From positions 4,374,270 through 4,438,269 of the forward strand of contig MU054212.1 in the NCBI GenBank assembly GCA_013239625.1: a stretch of DNA of 64,000 bases. Reading direction: 5' to 3'. Both the position numbers and the translations under genes were made by a program. Origin of the DNA: Lama guanicoe (lineage: Eukaryota). Numbering within the stretch: the first letter of the stretch is position 1; the number at the start of each line of letters is the position of its first letter. Shown piece by piece: positions 26,634 to 40,703 of the stretch. The notes under the pieces are model-generated. The model did no database searches, was not told the origin of the DNA, and worked only from the letters and a program-made list of their open reading frames with translations.

Positions 26634-28659
26634 CGCTAAAGTGTAGGGTGCTGGTATAATCCAGCAGGTAGTGATTTTGTTTCAAGGGACAAACAGCAGA
26701 TAGTCTTGGATCCCTGAAGAAAGAGGCTATCTTTCTTAAGAAATGGGGAATGAATGAAAGTGTTCTTTTGCTGTGGCCGGATTTATGAGTAAGTTCAATT
26801 GTGGTCTGTAACACAGGAAGAGGGAACGTATAGAGATGAATTATGTACCATAGCAGTATCATTTCCCCTGCTATTAATAAAAAATAAGATGAAATTGACC
26901 ATCTGCCACCATGAGGAAGTTTTGTTAAAATTTTGAGATGATTCAAAGTCAAATCACAACTCACCAGTGTTTCACAACAACCGGGAAGAAAACATTGAAA
27001 TCTTGATTTCTCTTCGACACAGGACCAAATACCAAAATGCAGCTTTGATGCACTTCCCTTTAGTCTTTCTTTTATGATCTTAAGCATCTGTCCTGCCCCT
27101 GAGCATTGAGAACAGGGAGTGAGGCAGCTCAGCAGGACATCCACGGCTTGAGGCCGGCAGGTATCATTGACTGGCATTCCCAGTTAAGAAAAATGAAAGG
27201 GAGAGATGGCATAAACATTAATTTTGGGAGGAGGTGAAAGGTCAGTATATTTTGCTGACCCTCTCAGTGAGGTCTTCAGCCAGTGCCAAGTAATCAAAAA
27301 TGCTTTTAGTTTAACCTTTGGTCTGCCAAACAGAACAAAACACAGTCACGGTCATAAAGCCTTTGCTGTTGTAAATAAGAAACGTGGGTAAGGGGTATTA
27401 TATGGTGAAAGCATGTTTAATTTTCTTTTTCAAAACAAGATGGAAGAGAAGGAAGACTTACGCTGTACTTGAGAATTACGTGAGAAAAGAATAGTACTTT
27501 CTAGTTTTATGAAAATCTATTGCGGCGTTGCTAATTTCCATTTTTAGAAAAATTTAATGCCGAATCTGAAGAGAGCTCCATGTCACTACATAGGAAATAT
27601 GACTCTAAATTGTGTGCTATAGCAAGAGAACTCATCTCTCTCAGACAGAATTTTGTACTCACACAACGTGCGCGCACACACACATGCCAATTAGGCACCC
27701 AGGGGATTACTACGATCCTGGGAGGAGCTGCCGTGTGCACGGTTTTGAGTCATGTTCGTCGCTCCTATTCAGGTCACTATGTATAATTCAGGCTTATTCA
27801 AAAACACTCCACTTTGTCAGTTTTCAGTGCGCTATTTTTAGTGATAAAGAGTTGCCATTAGGGAGAAAGAAATACGGTTCTCCCTCTTTTGTTAAAAGAT
27901 ACCTATTCTGCAGCAAGAATACTTACCTATTTTTCACTTGTTCGCTAGCATTTGCTTACACTTTGACATAGAAAGCTTGAGGTCTTTTATGGCAAATTAC
28001 TCTGTCCTTAGCATTTTTTTTGTTGTTAAAGTGACTAGATGCTGTTCTGTTTTTTTTATTATTTTAAATGAAAGGATGTCTTAAAATTCCTTGCTATTTT
28101 AGGCAGATCATTCAGATCTTTTGAAAGACATTAGTATACCATTTCCAGGGAAGCTAAGTTTATTGGATTTTTCAAATACTCTGCTTAGCTTGGCTGTCAT
28201 CACACCATCAGTTGTGAGGGATATAAATACCCTCACTTTCACATGTGAGAAATAATAAAGAAGACTCCTTTAGGATGTGAAGATGTGAAATTAAACTCCA
28301 GGTGCTTTTCAGAGTCGTTTGGGACATTTTCCAGTTGTCAGTATGGAAATCCTGTCACTCAGGGCAGGGATCTGTTGCCATGGGGAAGCCAAAGCTGCAT
28401 TGTTTGACAAGTTGGCAGTTTTTACAGTTGGTAGAAAAGAAAAAAAATTTAGAGACAGGTACTGGAAGATGACTGTTCACCAGGGATTGGTGAATGGGCT
28501 TGGAAATAAATTAATTATTCTTCTCTTTTATAGATATTTGTTTATGCACAAAGATTATAGTCTTTTTGGTACATTGATCCTAGAATTTTAGGCATAACTG
28601 TGTCTCTTAAATATAGAAATTTGTTATATCCAAGCATTTAATTGATTTATTACTAAGAT

Positions 28660-29170
28660 TCTGATTACCAATTTCTTGTGTAAAGGGTTTTCCTCACCCT
28701 ATCAAGCAATTTTCTGACACCAGCTGGGTGTCCTACAATTCAACTCAGTTCTGATGCTGTCTACCCGGAAACTGAGTCAGATCCCACTGGTAAAGGACTC
28801 AGGACTCAGTACCACAGGACTGCCCCACTTGAATGCCAGTTGCCAGCCCAGGTTGTTGCCTGAACTTCTGACTGAGTGAGTATAAATTGGATGTTTCCCT
28901 GACCCTCCCCTTAGGTTTGATTAATTTGCTAGAGCATCTTGCAGAACTCAGGAAACCAGTTTACTCATTAGATTGCCAGTTTATTACAAAGGGTATTAAA
29001 GGATGCAAATCGACAGCCAAATGCAGAGATGCAGAGGACAAGGTATGGGGACAGGACACAGAGCCGCTGTGCTCTCTGAGCGACCACTCGCCTGGAATCT
29101 CCAGTGTGCATCAACCTGGAAGTTCACAAATCCGATCCCTTTGGGTTTTTGTGGAGGTGTCATTGTGCCC
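28660..29170 (-). mobile_element. MER21-like LTR fragment
   Basis: gacaccagctgggtgtcctacaattcaactcagttctga...ttaggtttgattaatttgctagagc...cagaactcaggaaac...tttattacaaagg (AATAAA on the minus strand). Confidence 0.8.
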
Positions 29171-29561
29171 AGTGATGTGCTTTTGCTGGAAATTTCTAAC
29201 TGAGAAAGTAGAAGCTCAGCATTTGTGACATTCAGATTCACTAAGTAACACTAGAAAACAGATCTCTTAGATCCTAAATCCTAAGTTTTACCACGGGATG
29301 GATTGCCCTCCAATAAGACAAATTTAAAAGACTATTGGAAATGTGCTCTTTTAAAAATCAGCCTTATACTTTCAAACTCAGTTCTCAATACTGTATTTGT
29401 TTCTTAAACAAAGTCTGTCTACCCATCTGATTGAGTTAGTGTTCACTGTTCTTTCTAACCTGTTGCTGTCACCTGCTTATGCGCTTACCCACATTGCTGA
29501 CTTTTCCTACCAGCCAGGGTCAAGTTTGCTTGAGCTGCTCCACGTCGATCTTTCCCACCTC

Positions 29562-30041
29562 TGACAAAGCCTCTCTCCTTGACCAGACTTTAGTCACGCT
29601 CCTCTCTTCCCTTTTCTTGACGATTCCTTGGATTCCATGTCCATCATCTCATCACCCAGTTTTAGCGAGAACCCTCCTAAGCAGTTCAGAGAAGCGCCCT
29701 CACCCTCGGTATCTGATCACCTTGGCTACCTCCGGTCAAACTCCTCACCTTCCCACATCATTCCCCAGATGAAGTCTGATTTGTCTGCCTTCAGCAAGAG
29801 TCCTGTTACGTCAGGTTAGCAAGAATTCTCCCTACCCTTGATGTCTTCTCTTAGTAATTTTTCATCCGCTGACCCTCCAACCTGCTCATTGGCTATAAAT
29901 CCCTTGCTTTGCTATATCTGGAGCAGAGCTCTGTTCTCTACTGAGGTCTCTTTTCCCCTGTTGCAATAGTTCCTAAATAAATTCCATTTTTACCGGAAAA
30001 AAAAACCTTTAGCTACTATCCAGCATTGATGTTCTTTGATA
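29562..30041 (+). mobile_element. MER31-like ERV1 solo LTR
   Basis: Starts tgacaaagcctctctccttgaccagactttagtca; contains attggctataaat and aaataaa; ends ttctttgata; flanks cctc/ccgc (3 of 4 bp TSD). Confidence 0.8.
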
Positions 30042-31524
30042 CCGCCACTAAAAAAAATTACAAAGCTATATTCCCTCAGGAAATAGCCTAGGTCTTCTTC
30101 TGATCTGCTTTGAACTTCGGCTTATCCATCTAAACGAATGTCTCTTAAGCTCTAGTTCTGCAGGTACATGGGGCTTTTCAGCGCTGTTATCTATGATCCA
30201 TCCATTTCCCTAACTTTCTTGTATTTTAAAAATCACACAGCTGTACTCCTAGTCACCTCTCAGGAAAATCGAAGTTTTATCCAACGTTTTACTTTCCAAT
30301 AAGTCCCCGAAACCTGCCCAGGTGACCTCTCTTCCTGAGACCTGTTGTCTTCCTTTTCAATTCTACTGCAGTTGTCCTTGCACCTTCTTCAACCTTGACA
30401 AGTACTGTTGTTTCTTAACTTCTCTCTCTTTCCCGGTTCTCTTTGTTGCACGCAGTGCTGTCAAATTTAACACATGTATTGAATCTACTTCATTCTAAAA
30501 GAGTTTTACTAAATAACCACAGCCCATGCAACAAATTTCCAACCTCCAAGCTCTGTCCCACATTCCCTCTATATCCTGACCTACTACTTCCATTCAACAG
30601 AGTTTCCCCTCTCGCTGAACATTTTTCACAAGTGCCTTCCAGTGATTTTTTTTTTTTTTTTGGCCATCCTCTCTAAACAAAACGAATCTTTTACTCCCAC
30701 AGCCCACTGAAAGCCTTTTTGTTTCAACTTAAATGCCATGGAAGTCAATTCACTTTATTTTCATAGTGCTTCCTTAAAATTTATTTTATAGAATTTATCA
30801 CACTGCACCTTGCATAATAGCTTAATAGTCACCTGTGCTCTCCTTTTCATCTCTTCTATTAAATTGTAAACTCCTTAGAGATAAAACCATCTTATTTCTA
30901 TTTATAGCGACTGCCATCTTTGCACTACTGGTAGTCTTTTTGCTTTTGTTTTGTTTTGTTTTGTTTTCACATATCATAAAAGAGAAGCAGACTGATGTGT
31001 AGTACATAATTATGATATGGTAGGTACCATGCTATGTATTTTCAACACAGTTACTCTGATAAAGTCACGATGTCCATTATATTGATGGAGAAACTTAGTC
31101 TTGGAGTAATTAACTCGCATGGAGTCACTCTGTACACGGAGCAGCCCATTCTGTCTGATTCCCAAGCTCATCCCCCATCCTCTATTCCTTGCGACCTCTT
31201 TTTATCACCCTTCGCAAATGTACTGCAATGATTTGCTTACACGTCTGTCTTCTTCAGCTGACTCTAAGTTCCAAAAATGAAGGCTGACGTTTAGGAGGTG
31301 TACAATACATGCTTGTAAAACGGTGTTCCATGAGTCAATGTAAATTTGCAACACATTGAAAATGGACATTATTGCAAGATGGAAATCTCTTCGATAGTTT
31401 TTTTTTCCCCCCTTGCTTTTTGTTTAAAGTGTTTACTAGGAAGATTTGAAATTCCTGGTCAGTGAAAAGAGCAAATAATGCACCTCCTGTTTTCATCCTG
31501 CGTGTTCAGAGCCTAGAGCCTTGT

Positions 31525-31684
31525 CATGTAAACTGTGGTCCTTGAACGAGCAGCAGGAGCACCACCTAGCCCCTTTTAAAGATGCAGAACGCGGGGTCCC
31601 TCCCTAGGCTGCACTGAATCACAATCGTTCACTCTGCAAGAATTCCGGGCGATTCATTTCCCCATTAAAGTCTGCAAGGCACTG
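31525..31684. mobile_element. MER5A hAT DNA transposon
   Basis: aaactgtggtccttgaacgagcagcaggagcaccacc...aagatgcagaa...actgaatcaca...gattcattt...cattaaagtctgcaaggcactg. Confidence 0.7.
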
Positions 31685-33729
31685 AGTATGTAATCTTCTT
31701 GAAAGTGAAATTCATATAAACAAAAAATTCTGTAAACTTTGCTTTGAGTAGATTCTTAGGATGAAGTAGCATGCATCTGAGCATATGATGAGGCAGCCAA
31801 TCATCCATTTTCATATAATCAGGATTAACAGGCAATAGCCTACAATTACTGTCAGGAGACCCAGTTGCTCCCCTTTTCCTTGCCCCTGTCCAGGCCATTC
31901 CATTAACTGAGCCCTGGGAGACATTTCGGTGACAAGTTCAGCCAATGGTTTGATTTCCCTTTCAGTTTACATTTGCAAGCGAAAAAGAAAGGAGGAGGAG
32001 TAAAGAAAGAACATTACAAACAGCATAATGCAAACGAGGCCCCTTTAAGCAGCAAGCAATCCGCATAGGTACGTGCCTTATGCTGTAGTCCCAAATGCAA
32101 TCATTAGGCTGCCTTCGCACTAGGGAAAAGGGAAGACATTGAGTGCTACTGAACATTGCCAATTTTTATAGTGGATCAGCTTGAAAATATTTAGCACAGA
32201 TGTTTCTGTAATTGTGACACACTGGGAAAATTCACATGTTCAATAGCCCTCTAATGCTGTCTCCCATCTGTGCCGCGTGATGGTCCACAGTTACTGCACT
32301 GGGCTGTTACATGAAGCAGAGAGTAATGGGGTCTGGCTCAGGACCTACAGAAAGGTTCCCTTGTACCATCTGTGCAACTCTGTTTACTTGCAGGTATAAG
32401 TATGTTTGCACTTATTTATGGTTGTCGCTATCACAGACCTAAAAGGTTGCATTTATTCCCTGTACTCCGTGGTTAAGCAGAACTTTACCTACAACCAGGA
32501 TCTAGAGAGAAGGAGTGGAATAGGGAATTGGAAAGCAGAAACCCCACGTTTCTTTCCTGGGCTCCAGCCTGAATTCTAATCAAGGTCAGTAACGGCTGAG
32601 CGTTTTGATGAGCTGCTGGTTGTCTGGTGGATGCAAAGGAAGCGAACCGGCTCATTTGGGTTCCCAGTGAACAGTTGCCCAAGTCACAAACCATTGGCTT
32701 CATGCTCTTTATCTGAGCAAAGAGATCTCCTAGCAGAGTGTTCGTCCTGAGTGTGCCAGTCCTCAGTGCTCCCGTCCTCTTCTCTCAGCCCCGGGATGGC
32801 TTGAGTCTCCACCGCATGGGTTAGCGCCTCGCGGTGCCCCGTGCCAGCCCTTTCTTGGCGGCTCTGCTTCCTAGACTCTTGCTCTGTCTCTTACTAGATT
32901 ATAAATCCTCTAAGGAGAAGGGTCTTCTCCTTTGTTGCTTCTCTGTCATTCTCACTGTTGGCTTCGGAGTTGTCACTGGTGAGTCACTGAAGATAGAATT
33001 AATACAAATATGCTTAGCTCCCATAGACATCTTTTGAGAATACACTTAAAATATACTATGGGGTATAAAGACTGGACTGTTCTGTCTTTCATGATTTTCC
33101 TCTGGCTTCTAGCCTGTTGTTATTCAGACACGAAGAAATACTTGCAGAACACCAAACTGTTTATCTGACTTTTCTCTCCTGCAACAAACCACTGGACTAA
33201 TAGATTTTTGAAACCGCTCAATCATTTTTAATGTGACCCCAGAAACTTTTTTTAATACAGTGTTTTCAACTTGAGCTGTAAACATTTCATATATTTTGCA
33301 AGTAATTTGCAGGTTGAGTAAGCTATCCTGCCTAGATTGCTCGTAAATTGAGGTACGCCTCATTATCATCGCAGCCACCTTAGAGGCACTACTAAGCCAA
33401 ATTAAGGAGCTAATTTTATCTTTCAACAGTGTTTAGCAATTATAAAGCTTCAGAAAAACAGTATCCTTGAGTTTTGACCTAAAGAGAAAAGGAACATTCC
33501 TAATTCTAGACTCTGTCTCTCAGTGATTATTTTGCTCCACACCACAGCTCTAAGTCCTACACTGATGTTACTGGAGTTAGAAGTGGATGACAGATCCTAA
33601 AATCTGCATCAAACGGAATTTGATACAAATAGTACCATGAATTATGTAAGGAAAGACTACTCTATCTGCTCAGCTATCCACATTGTGACAATACAGGAGC
33701 AAACATAGCATTGACCTGTTGTTTATATT

Positions 33730-34115
33730 TTCAACCGTGTATTCAGGTTTTACTCAACACAAATAGACTGCATATCTGTTGTGTTAGACACCAAGCTAGA
33801 GTGTTGATAAACCAATATGAAAAAAAAAAAGAACAGATGTGTCATTTTTCTTCTTAAAGCTTGTAATCCGCCAAGGATATAGGAAAACAAATGGGCAATT
33901 TGAATACGAGTTGCGTCATTGTATGGAAAGTATTGAGTATCGTGGACGCCCAGAGAAGTCACCTGACACTTAGTTGTGGGATGAGTTTCAGCTTCTCCTA
34001 AGATCTCACATCTTAGCAGATATCTGAAAGATAAGTAGGCGTTTTCCAAGAGAGGTGGAGTGTAAATTACGTCATTTCAGAGGAGACGCATCTACAAAGC
34101 TCTGAGGCAAGAGAC
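33730..34115 (-). mobile_element. L2 3' fragment
   Basis: ttactcaacacaaatagactgcatatctgttgtgttagacaccaagctag...cttaaagcttgtaatc...agatatctgaaagataagtaggcgtt. Confidence 0.55.
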
Positions 34116-34203
34116 TTTACATGGAGTAATTACATCCTGAAATTAGTGCTGTAAAACTTTAGATTAGCACCAACAGACCCATTTTCCAGAACCTAGAAGA
34201 ACT

Positions 34204-34593
34204 TGGAGGGTAGCAGAATTTGTCTTTCCCCTAAATATGCCATCTTAGCATAAGGATTATTTCGATCTGAAAGCAATTGAGAAGAAGCAGACGCAAGAAG
34301 AGCTCTCTGCTCTCCCTCTATTTGCCTAAAAACAGGACATAAATTTGTAAAGCTGTCACCCTCCCATCTGTAGCAGGAAAAGACCACCCTAGACCTTTCT
34401 CGGCACGGAGATGCACCGGAGGAACCTACAATAAACTTTGCTAAAACTAGCCCTTTTCTACAATGAGTTCTCCATATATTTGCCTTTGATGCATGTTATT
34501 AAAATTCTGGGTTTTTTTTTCCCCACTTCCTAATCTCTCTTTTGTCAGTCTAATTTACAGGACTCAAGCAAATGAACTTTTCTTCCTCTCCCA
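34204..34593 (+). mobile_element. MER34-like ERV1 solo LTR (internally deleted)
   Basis: cccctaaatatgccatcttagcataaggattatttcgatctgaaagcaattgagaagaagcagacgcaagaagagctctctg...ttttgtcagtctaatttacagg. Confidence 0.8.
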
Positions 34594-34594
34594 C

Positions 34595-34648
34595 TATATA
34601 TTTTATATATATATATACACACACACACACATACACACACACATATAT
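34595..34648. repeat. (TA)n(CA)n compound microsatellite
   Basis: tatatatatatatacacacacacacacatacacacacacatatat. Confidence 0.9.
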
Positions 34649-34987
34649 CAACATATGCATTGCTAACAATCACCATGCTCTGTAAAATTGTGCAATAAAT
34701 ACTATGGTGCTCTTAGAAAATAAGGGGGTTTGAGGTACAAAACTCAAAAACTTCATCAGTGACCCACACAAAAAGATAAAAACCTAATAAAAATCGTGCT
34801 AGTTTTACATATTAAGTGATTAAGAAATACATAAACTCAGTAAATGCGGCATTTTTCCTTGGAAGAAACCTGAGGTTTGCTAACGGAAGTGGTCATCAGA
34901 AGGGTTGCTGTCCGTGAGCTGTTGTAAATGCTATAAAGAAGGTTGTCTGAAATTGGCTGGAAAATTGTAGCACCGGATGTGGAGGCA

Positions 34988-35525
34988 TGTATTAGTTTTC
35001 CCTTGCTGCCATAAACATTATCACAGATTTGGCCGTTTCCACGAGTCAGAAGCCTGGGCACAGGCTTGGTTTCAAAATCAGGGTGTTGGTGAGCCATGTG
35101 CCTTCCTGGAGGCTGTGGGGAAGAACCGTCTTAAAGGTTCATCCGGTTGCTGCAGAGTTCAGTTCCTGAGGACTGGAGGCTGAGGTCGCCGCTCCCTTGG
35201 TGGCTGTTAGCCGAAAGCCCCCTCGGCTGCCGGAGGGCTTGCTCTGGTCCTCCTATGTGTCAGGCCCTCCCAGTGTGTGGAATCTCTCTGACTCTTTTTT
35301 CTGCTTCATATCTGACTCTAGCCAGAGAAAGTTCTCTGCTTTTAAAGGCTTGTGGGATTAGATTAGGTAAACCCTAGATAATCCAGGATAATCTTTCTGA
35401 CTTGAGGTCAGTGATTAGTAACCTCCTGTACATCTGCAAAGTCCTGTTCACCATGTAACATAGTATATCTACAAACTGCAGGGATTCATGCTTGGTACAT
35501 CTGGAGACCTATGCCATCTCCCACC
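34988..35525 (-). mobile_element. MaLR solo LTR (MLT1D/E-like)
   Basis: tgtattagttttcccttgctgccataaacattatcacaga...ctctgcttttaaaggcttgtgggattagattagg...ataatccaggataatct...acatctgcaaagtcc. Confidence 0.85.
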
Positions 35526-38139
35526 TGCAGATATGGTTGATAAGATACATGGTGGACTTAGGTAACTGGTAGCTGTTCGAAGTGTGTTGCGTTTTGTGGA
35601 TTCCCGTGTGGGTCAGTTTAGCCTGGTGCTGATTCCTTTGGTTACCTAGTACTTCTCATGGATGAAATCATACATAAACATGAAATTTGTGTAATACCCA
35701 AATTATTTCCTAATACGTCAATTGCAAAGAAACAAGTCTGTGTCTTTAAAACAATCACTGTAGCTGATTATGTATATTTTAAGGAAAGGGAAATGAGAGA
35801 TGCCTTTTACGTGTATGGGTGTCGTGTCAGGCTCATAGGCACAGTGGGTACAGAAATCTCTCTGATCTCAAAACTATTCTAACTATAGGAATCTGAAATA
35901 AGACACCACATATCTATAGACCTTAATTTCCTCCTAGATAAAATAAAAATAAAGGGTTTGGCCAACTGCTCTCATAAGTCCCTTCCAGATCAAAAAATAA
36001 TTTCCATAATAAATCTAAGATCTAAGCAAATGTATAAATAACTTATAAACAAGATTCAAAGAAGCAATGATTATTTTCATATTTGTGGATGAGTACATCT
36101 GGCCAAAGGCTCTAAGTCTGTTATCTGACAAAATGTTATTTTTATATCTCTTTGAAATTACAGAAGAATATGTTTTTGAATGAATATATTTTTGTCCCTG
36201 AGGATAAGAGTGGTAATTAAAAAACAAAGCACTTAAGTACGAAAGAAGAAATAAAAAGTGTAGGATATAAATGCTAGCTGGTGATGAATTATATATATTT
36301 TTCAGTATGAAACTAAATGGTATATAGAATGTGCTCCCCTGAGCTAAAGCCATAGATAGTTGAATCCAGATATTTTGAATCAGGTATGACTTTAGGCAGG
36401 CATTGCCAAACGTTGTATCAGGAAACAGAATGGAGAGACAGCCATCCCAGTGCAGTATGTCCCCTTCCTGTGAGTCGGTTCACTAGACTGGCCCCAAACT
36501 GTCAGTTCGCAGGTTTTTTGTTAGGTTGTGTAGGGGTTTGAAAAAACAGCATGAACTCAGACCCTGTAATTAAAAAACTCAAAGTCACGGTGACAAAGCC
36601 CTCCTTCAACATTCCTTTTATGTCAACCCAAAGATAACATGAAGGAGTCAAAAGGAAACCCCGTTAGGTCTTGCCAACTTGCAATTCCCAAGAAACGCCT
36701 TCTTTCTTTGTTGGCTGTCGGTTCCGACGCGCCCGCTGCCAGTCACAGCTGACACTGGATCCTTGCTCATGGGTTACATCACCTCCCACAGCGGAGTCTG
36801 AGTCAGGTAGCAGCTTTCCTTCTCAGGGCCCTCTGCCTTCACCTCTCTCCCTCTTCGCCCCGTGCTGAGTTACATTTTCGCTCTCTGAGTTCTGTGTCTT
36901 ACGATCTTTGCTCCAGCACATGTGTTCTACTGCAGTGTCCTGGATGGCTTGCTTTCAGAGCTTAGCTACTAGACTGTGAGCTTTAGGAAAGCGAGGACTG
37001 TGTCTTCTGTCTCGTTGTCTCCTCAGCATTTGAAACTCTTAAGTTACAGGAAGTGCCCAAATCAGTGTGTGCTGACTGGATGATGCTAATGGTGGCAGTG
37101 CCGCGAACTGAGTCAGATTGAACCCTCTCGTAGAAGAGGCTTAAAGAATTCAATATTCTTAACTAAAAATCACTATTTACAATATGAGCCCTGTAGTTTT
37201 CAACTCTTCCGAACCATGCACAAATGATGTCATTCAGTTGATGTAGATAAGATGCAAGTTTGTAATTTTGTGTGTCTAATACCAGTGTGGCCAGTGGATT
37301 TCCTCCAGTTTCATTCATATATCAGGGTATTTTTGTCAAAAGTAGTTCTATGGGAGACTGGACACAATTATGAATATTCAGTGCAACTAATAACCACCCA
37401 AGCAAAACAATGTTAGAATCATGTTTCAACATTAATCACATGTTAATCAGTGTTGTCACCAAATGTGAAGGTGAGAATATTCTATTCATTCTTGAAATGA
37501 AAAAAATACGGGACTAAATAATAAACTTGAGCTATTCCTGGCTTTGTTTGTTTGTTTGTTTTAGTATTCAAAAAGAACACCTTCAAATTTTTATACACAT
37601 GAAGATATTTTGTTTATAGATTAAGAAACACTTTTTTTAAGTCAGATCTGCTCCATTCTTTTGTGGCTCCGTGCTTCAGAGTGAAAATCAACAACACAGC
37701 AAATCCTGGGTCTCTGTGAGCACATAAGAATTTACGTAACGATGGGCCTTCAGTCTCAGAAGCGATGATGTCATGAACCTTGACTAAACTGATCTATTTA
37801 TTTTAAAAATCAGTAAATGTAGAAAGCATTTCAGCTAAAATAGAGATGATACTCAAGATAGAGGTCATTGTATCTTTAATGTAGTTTTATTTGTTTTAAA
37901 GCTTAATATTAATTTAACTCTTTATTCGTTGGCACATCTAAATTTTAGTCCCAGCTCTGCCATTAATTACTGATTTAAACTTGTCAAATGATAGAGTTTT
38001 GAGGGGACCTCAATCTTCAGGTTCCACTTTAGCTTCCTTTCCTGAAGGCAAAAAATAGTTTGATTGCTCTCTTTCCACCCCCATCCTGAGTCCAGTCTCT
38101 CCTTTTCCCTCTCCCTCTGCACTCTGCATCCCCGCTCCA

Positions 38140-38173
38140 TACACAGACACACACACACACACACACACACACA
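38140..38173. repeat. (CA)n microsatellite
   Basis: acacagacacacacacacacacacacacacacac. Confidence 0.95.
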
Positions 38174-38499
38174 CTTTCATCCTTAAGTGGGGAAAGAGAA
38201 GGCTCCACTCTCTAGACTGAAGATTACAGGAATATCCACTGGCCAAACTCCAGTTTCAGTGAATCAGTGTACTATGAAAAGGTAAATGCCATAAGAGTGT
38301 TTTGTAATGGAATTGGGATCCAGAGGGCACAGCTTGAAGAGCTGAGAGAGAGTAGAAATGAGAGGAAGATCTCGACGTAGGGGTGGTGAGAAATGTAATG
38401 TCTGAATGAGACAATGTGTTTAAATGGGTTTATATTTTAGGAGACACCTGGAGAGAACAGAGATGAATGACATGAATAGAAATACTATTTTAGTGGAAT

Positions 38500-38690
38500 T
38501 GAAAGAGCAGGGTTTGGGAGCCCAGGGAACCGAAGCTAGGTGTAGTCGAATGGCTGTATAACAGAGGCTGGTCGTTTAACCCTGTGAGCCATAGTTTTCT
38601 TATCTGTGAAATTAGATTAATTTTAATTGGTTAGGAGAATTCAATCATATTATGCACGTAAACACTTAGCACAGTGCTTATCCTATTTTA
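38500..38690 (+). mobile_element. MIR SINE
   Basis: tttaaccctgtgagccatagttttcttatctgtgaaat...atgcacgtaaacacttagcacagtgctt. Confidence 0.7.
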
Positions 38691-38959
38691 AATTATTACA
38701 GATTTTCTGAAAGCAAATCTTATTATGATTGCCCTCCTAGCAGCTAGGCTGGCGCCTTGCAATTTCCTCACTTGTAAAAGGAGAATCTTGGGGGATGTTA
38801 TCCTTTGTGGAAATAAAATGTGATGGTTTTTCAATTCAGTGTGGCTCAGTGCCCTTAGCGGCAGTCTTTCTGCCAGACATCCCTCCAGTCTCCATATAAT
38901 CTCTGTTTGGGCCTTGTTCTAATAACATATAAATGAAGTTGACGGCTCAGGAAGGAGAG

Positions 38960-40000
38960 GTGGATCATTCAATCATTTGTTTACTCTGTAGGCATTTACT
39001 GAGTGCCTGACATGTGTTAAGCACCCTGTTGGGTAAGAAGGCACACTAGTGATTAAAGTAAACATTTCTCTGCTCTCAGGGAGCTTAGAATCTAGAGTTG
39101 AAAGAAGACAGTCAAATCATCACATATGTTAAATTGATTTTGTGATTTCTGTAAAGGGAAGGCACACAGTGCTTGGAGAATCTAATGCGTTGAATATCAC
39201 ATTAAGGGAGTCAGGGAGGGATCCCTCACATGAGGACATAAAGCTTAGGCTAAGATTTGAAGGCTCATTTTGGGGAGGAATTTCATTAAGAAAGAGCTGC
39301 CTATGAAAAGGCTCCATGTGAGAAAGGAGCTTGGAATTATGTAGAATTGACTGACAAGCAAAGCATCTGAAATTTAGAGTAACAAAGGTTGAGAAATAAA
39401 AGAGAGGAGCAAGGAGAGAGGGGTAGGAATAGAACCCTTTTGTACTGAGAGCATTTTAATCGGGAGTGAGGATTGTATTTCTTGCTTCAGTGTGCGGAAT
39501 GGAATTAAGAGGGGCGCAGGTGGGTAAGAGCAACCCAATCAGAAAGCTGTTTAATAGTAGAGACAGCAACTGATGGGTGCAACTGATGGAGTGGTGAAGA
39601 TGAAGATGGACATGGAACCAATCACAGGGGTAAGGGCACTTTGAGAAGAGCTGGTGTGAGGGGGAATTAGACATTGAGATCCATTTGCAAGATCCAAGAA
39701 GAATTGTTACATAGGCAACTGTACCCACGAGATTGGACCTCAGAAAAGAGAACTGGAATGTTGATGAAAGTGTTATGAGTCATCCCCATGTAGGTGGCAA
39801 CTGATGTTGTGTATATGAATAATAATGAATAATGAGGAGACTAGAGTCATAAAATGAGAAGAAAGGAAGGGCTGGGATAGTGTTGAGGTTTTCTCACGTT
39901 TAGAGGTAAGGAGGAGGAAGGTGAGACCGACTAAGAGACAGACAACAGGGATAGGAGAAAAACCAGAACAGGGCTATGAATTTGCCTGTCAATGTCAAAT
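38960..40000 (-). mobile_element. L2 LINE 3' portion
   Basis: tcattcaatcatttgttt...gcatttactgagtgcctgacatgtgttaagcaccctg...tctgctctcagggagcttagaatctag...agtcagggaggg: antisense L2 3' end, continuing for about 1 kb. Confidence 0.8.
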
Positions 40001-40597
40001 AGCCTTCTGAATACCATTCCTGGTTCAACTGGACCTAATTACTATGAAACCAGTAAAGATGGGAAAAGCAGGTTTATTGTAGAAAGTTTCTGTATAAAGA
40101 GACAACTTACTGGTTGCATTAGCCTTGCATTTCCAACTGTTTAGACAATTTGACTAAATGTAATGAGGTCCATATGATTCTTTTTACATAACTAGAAACC
40201 TTGGCATTGAAGGCAAGATTTTGTTAGCAAGACTATACTTAATGTAATCAATTTCTTGCTTATTATTATATATGTATTTTCTTGCTCTGTTGTTAAATGT
40301 GTATCTTTTTATGCATCTGATATTTATTCGCTCTTTAGCATGTTAAATGTAGTAACAGCCATATGCAAAATTTCATTATCTTACATTTAATGACTCTTTT
40401 AAATCTTATACTTTTGGAGGAATGTAAGAAATACATTTTCTTCCAGTGAGTGGGGTAGCCTTGATAAAAGAAACTTATGTGTAGATATTTTGAGACTATA
40501 TAGATATGCTATTAATTTTCAAATCCATCCCCTCCTCAGATATGGCAGCTATTAATAATTCTTGTCTGAATTAATTTTTAGTATTAATTAGTATGGG

Positions 40598-40703
40598 ACA
40601 CAGCAACTGAGGATAGGACAAACTGGTTGGAACCAAGATGGCAGAAGATTTGACTTCCTGTAGAGCCTCATGGCACATCCGCAGGCGCCATGACAGTTCC
40701 CAT
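40598..40703 (+). mobile_element. Isolated 106-bp internal fragment of a MER41-like LTR between 10-bp direct repeats
   Basis: acacagcaactgaggataggacaaactggttggaaccaagatggcagaagatttgacttcc...ggcgccatgacagttccca aligns by eye to ~42217-42325; TTAGTATGGG at 40588-40597 and 40704-40713. Confidence 0.85.

Noticed and set aside
26611..27177. 188-aa minus-strand ORF
   Set aside because: No recognisable domain, ends inside MER20, no supporting exon structure.
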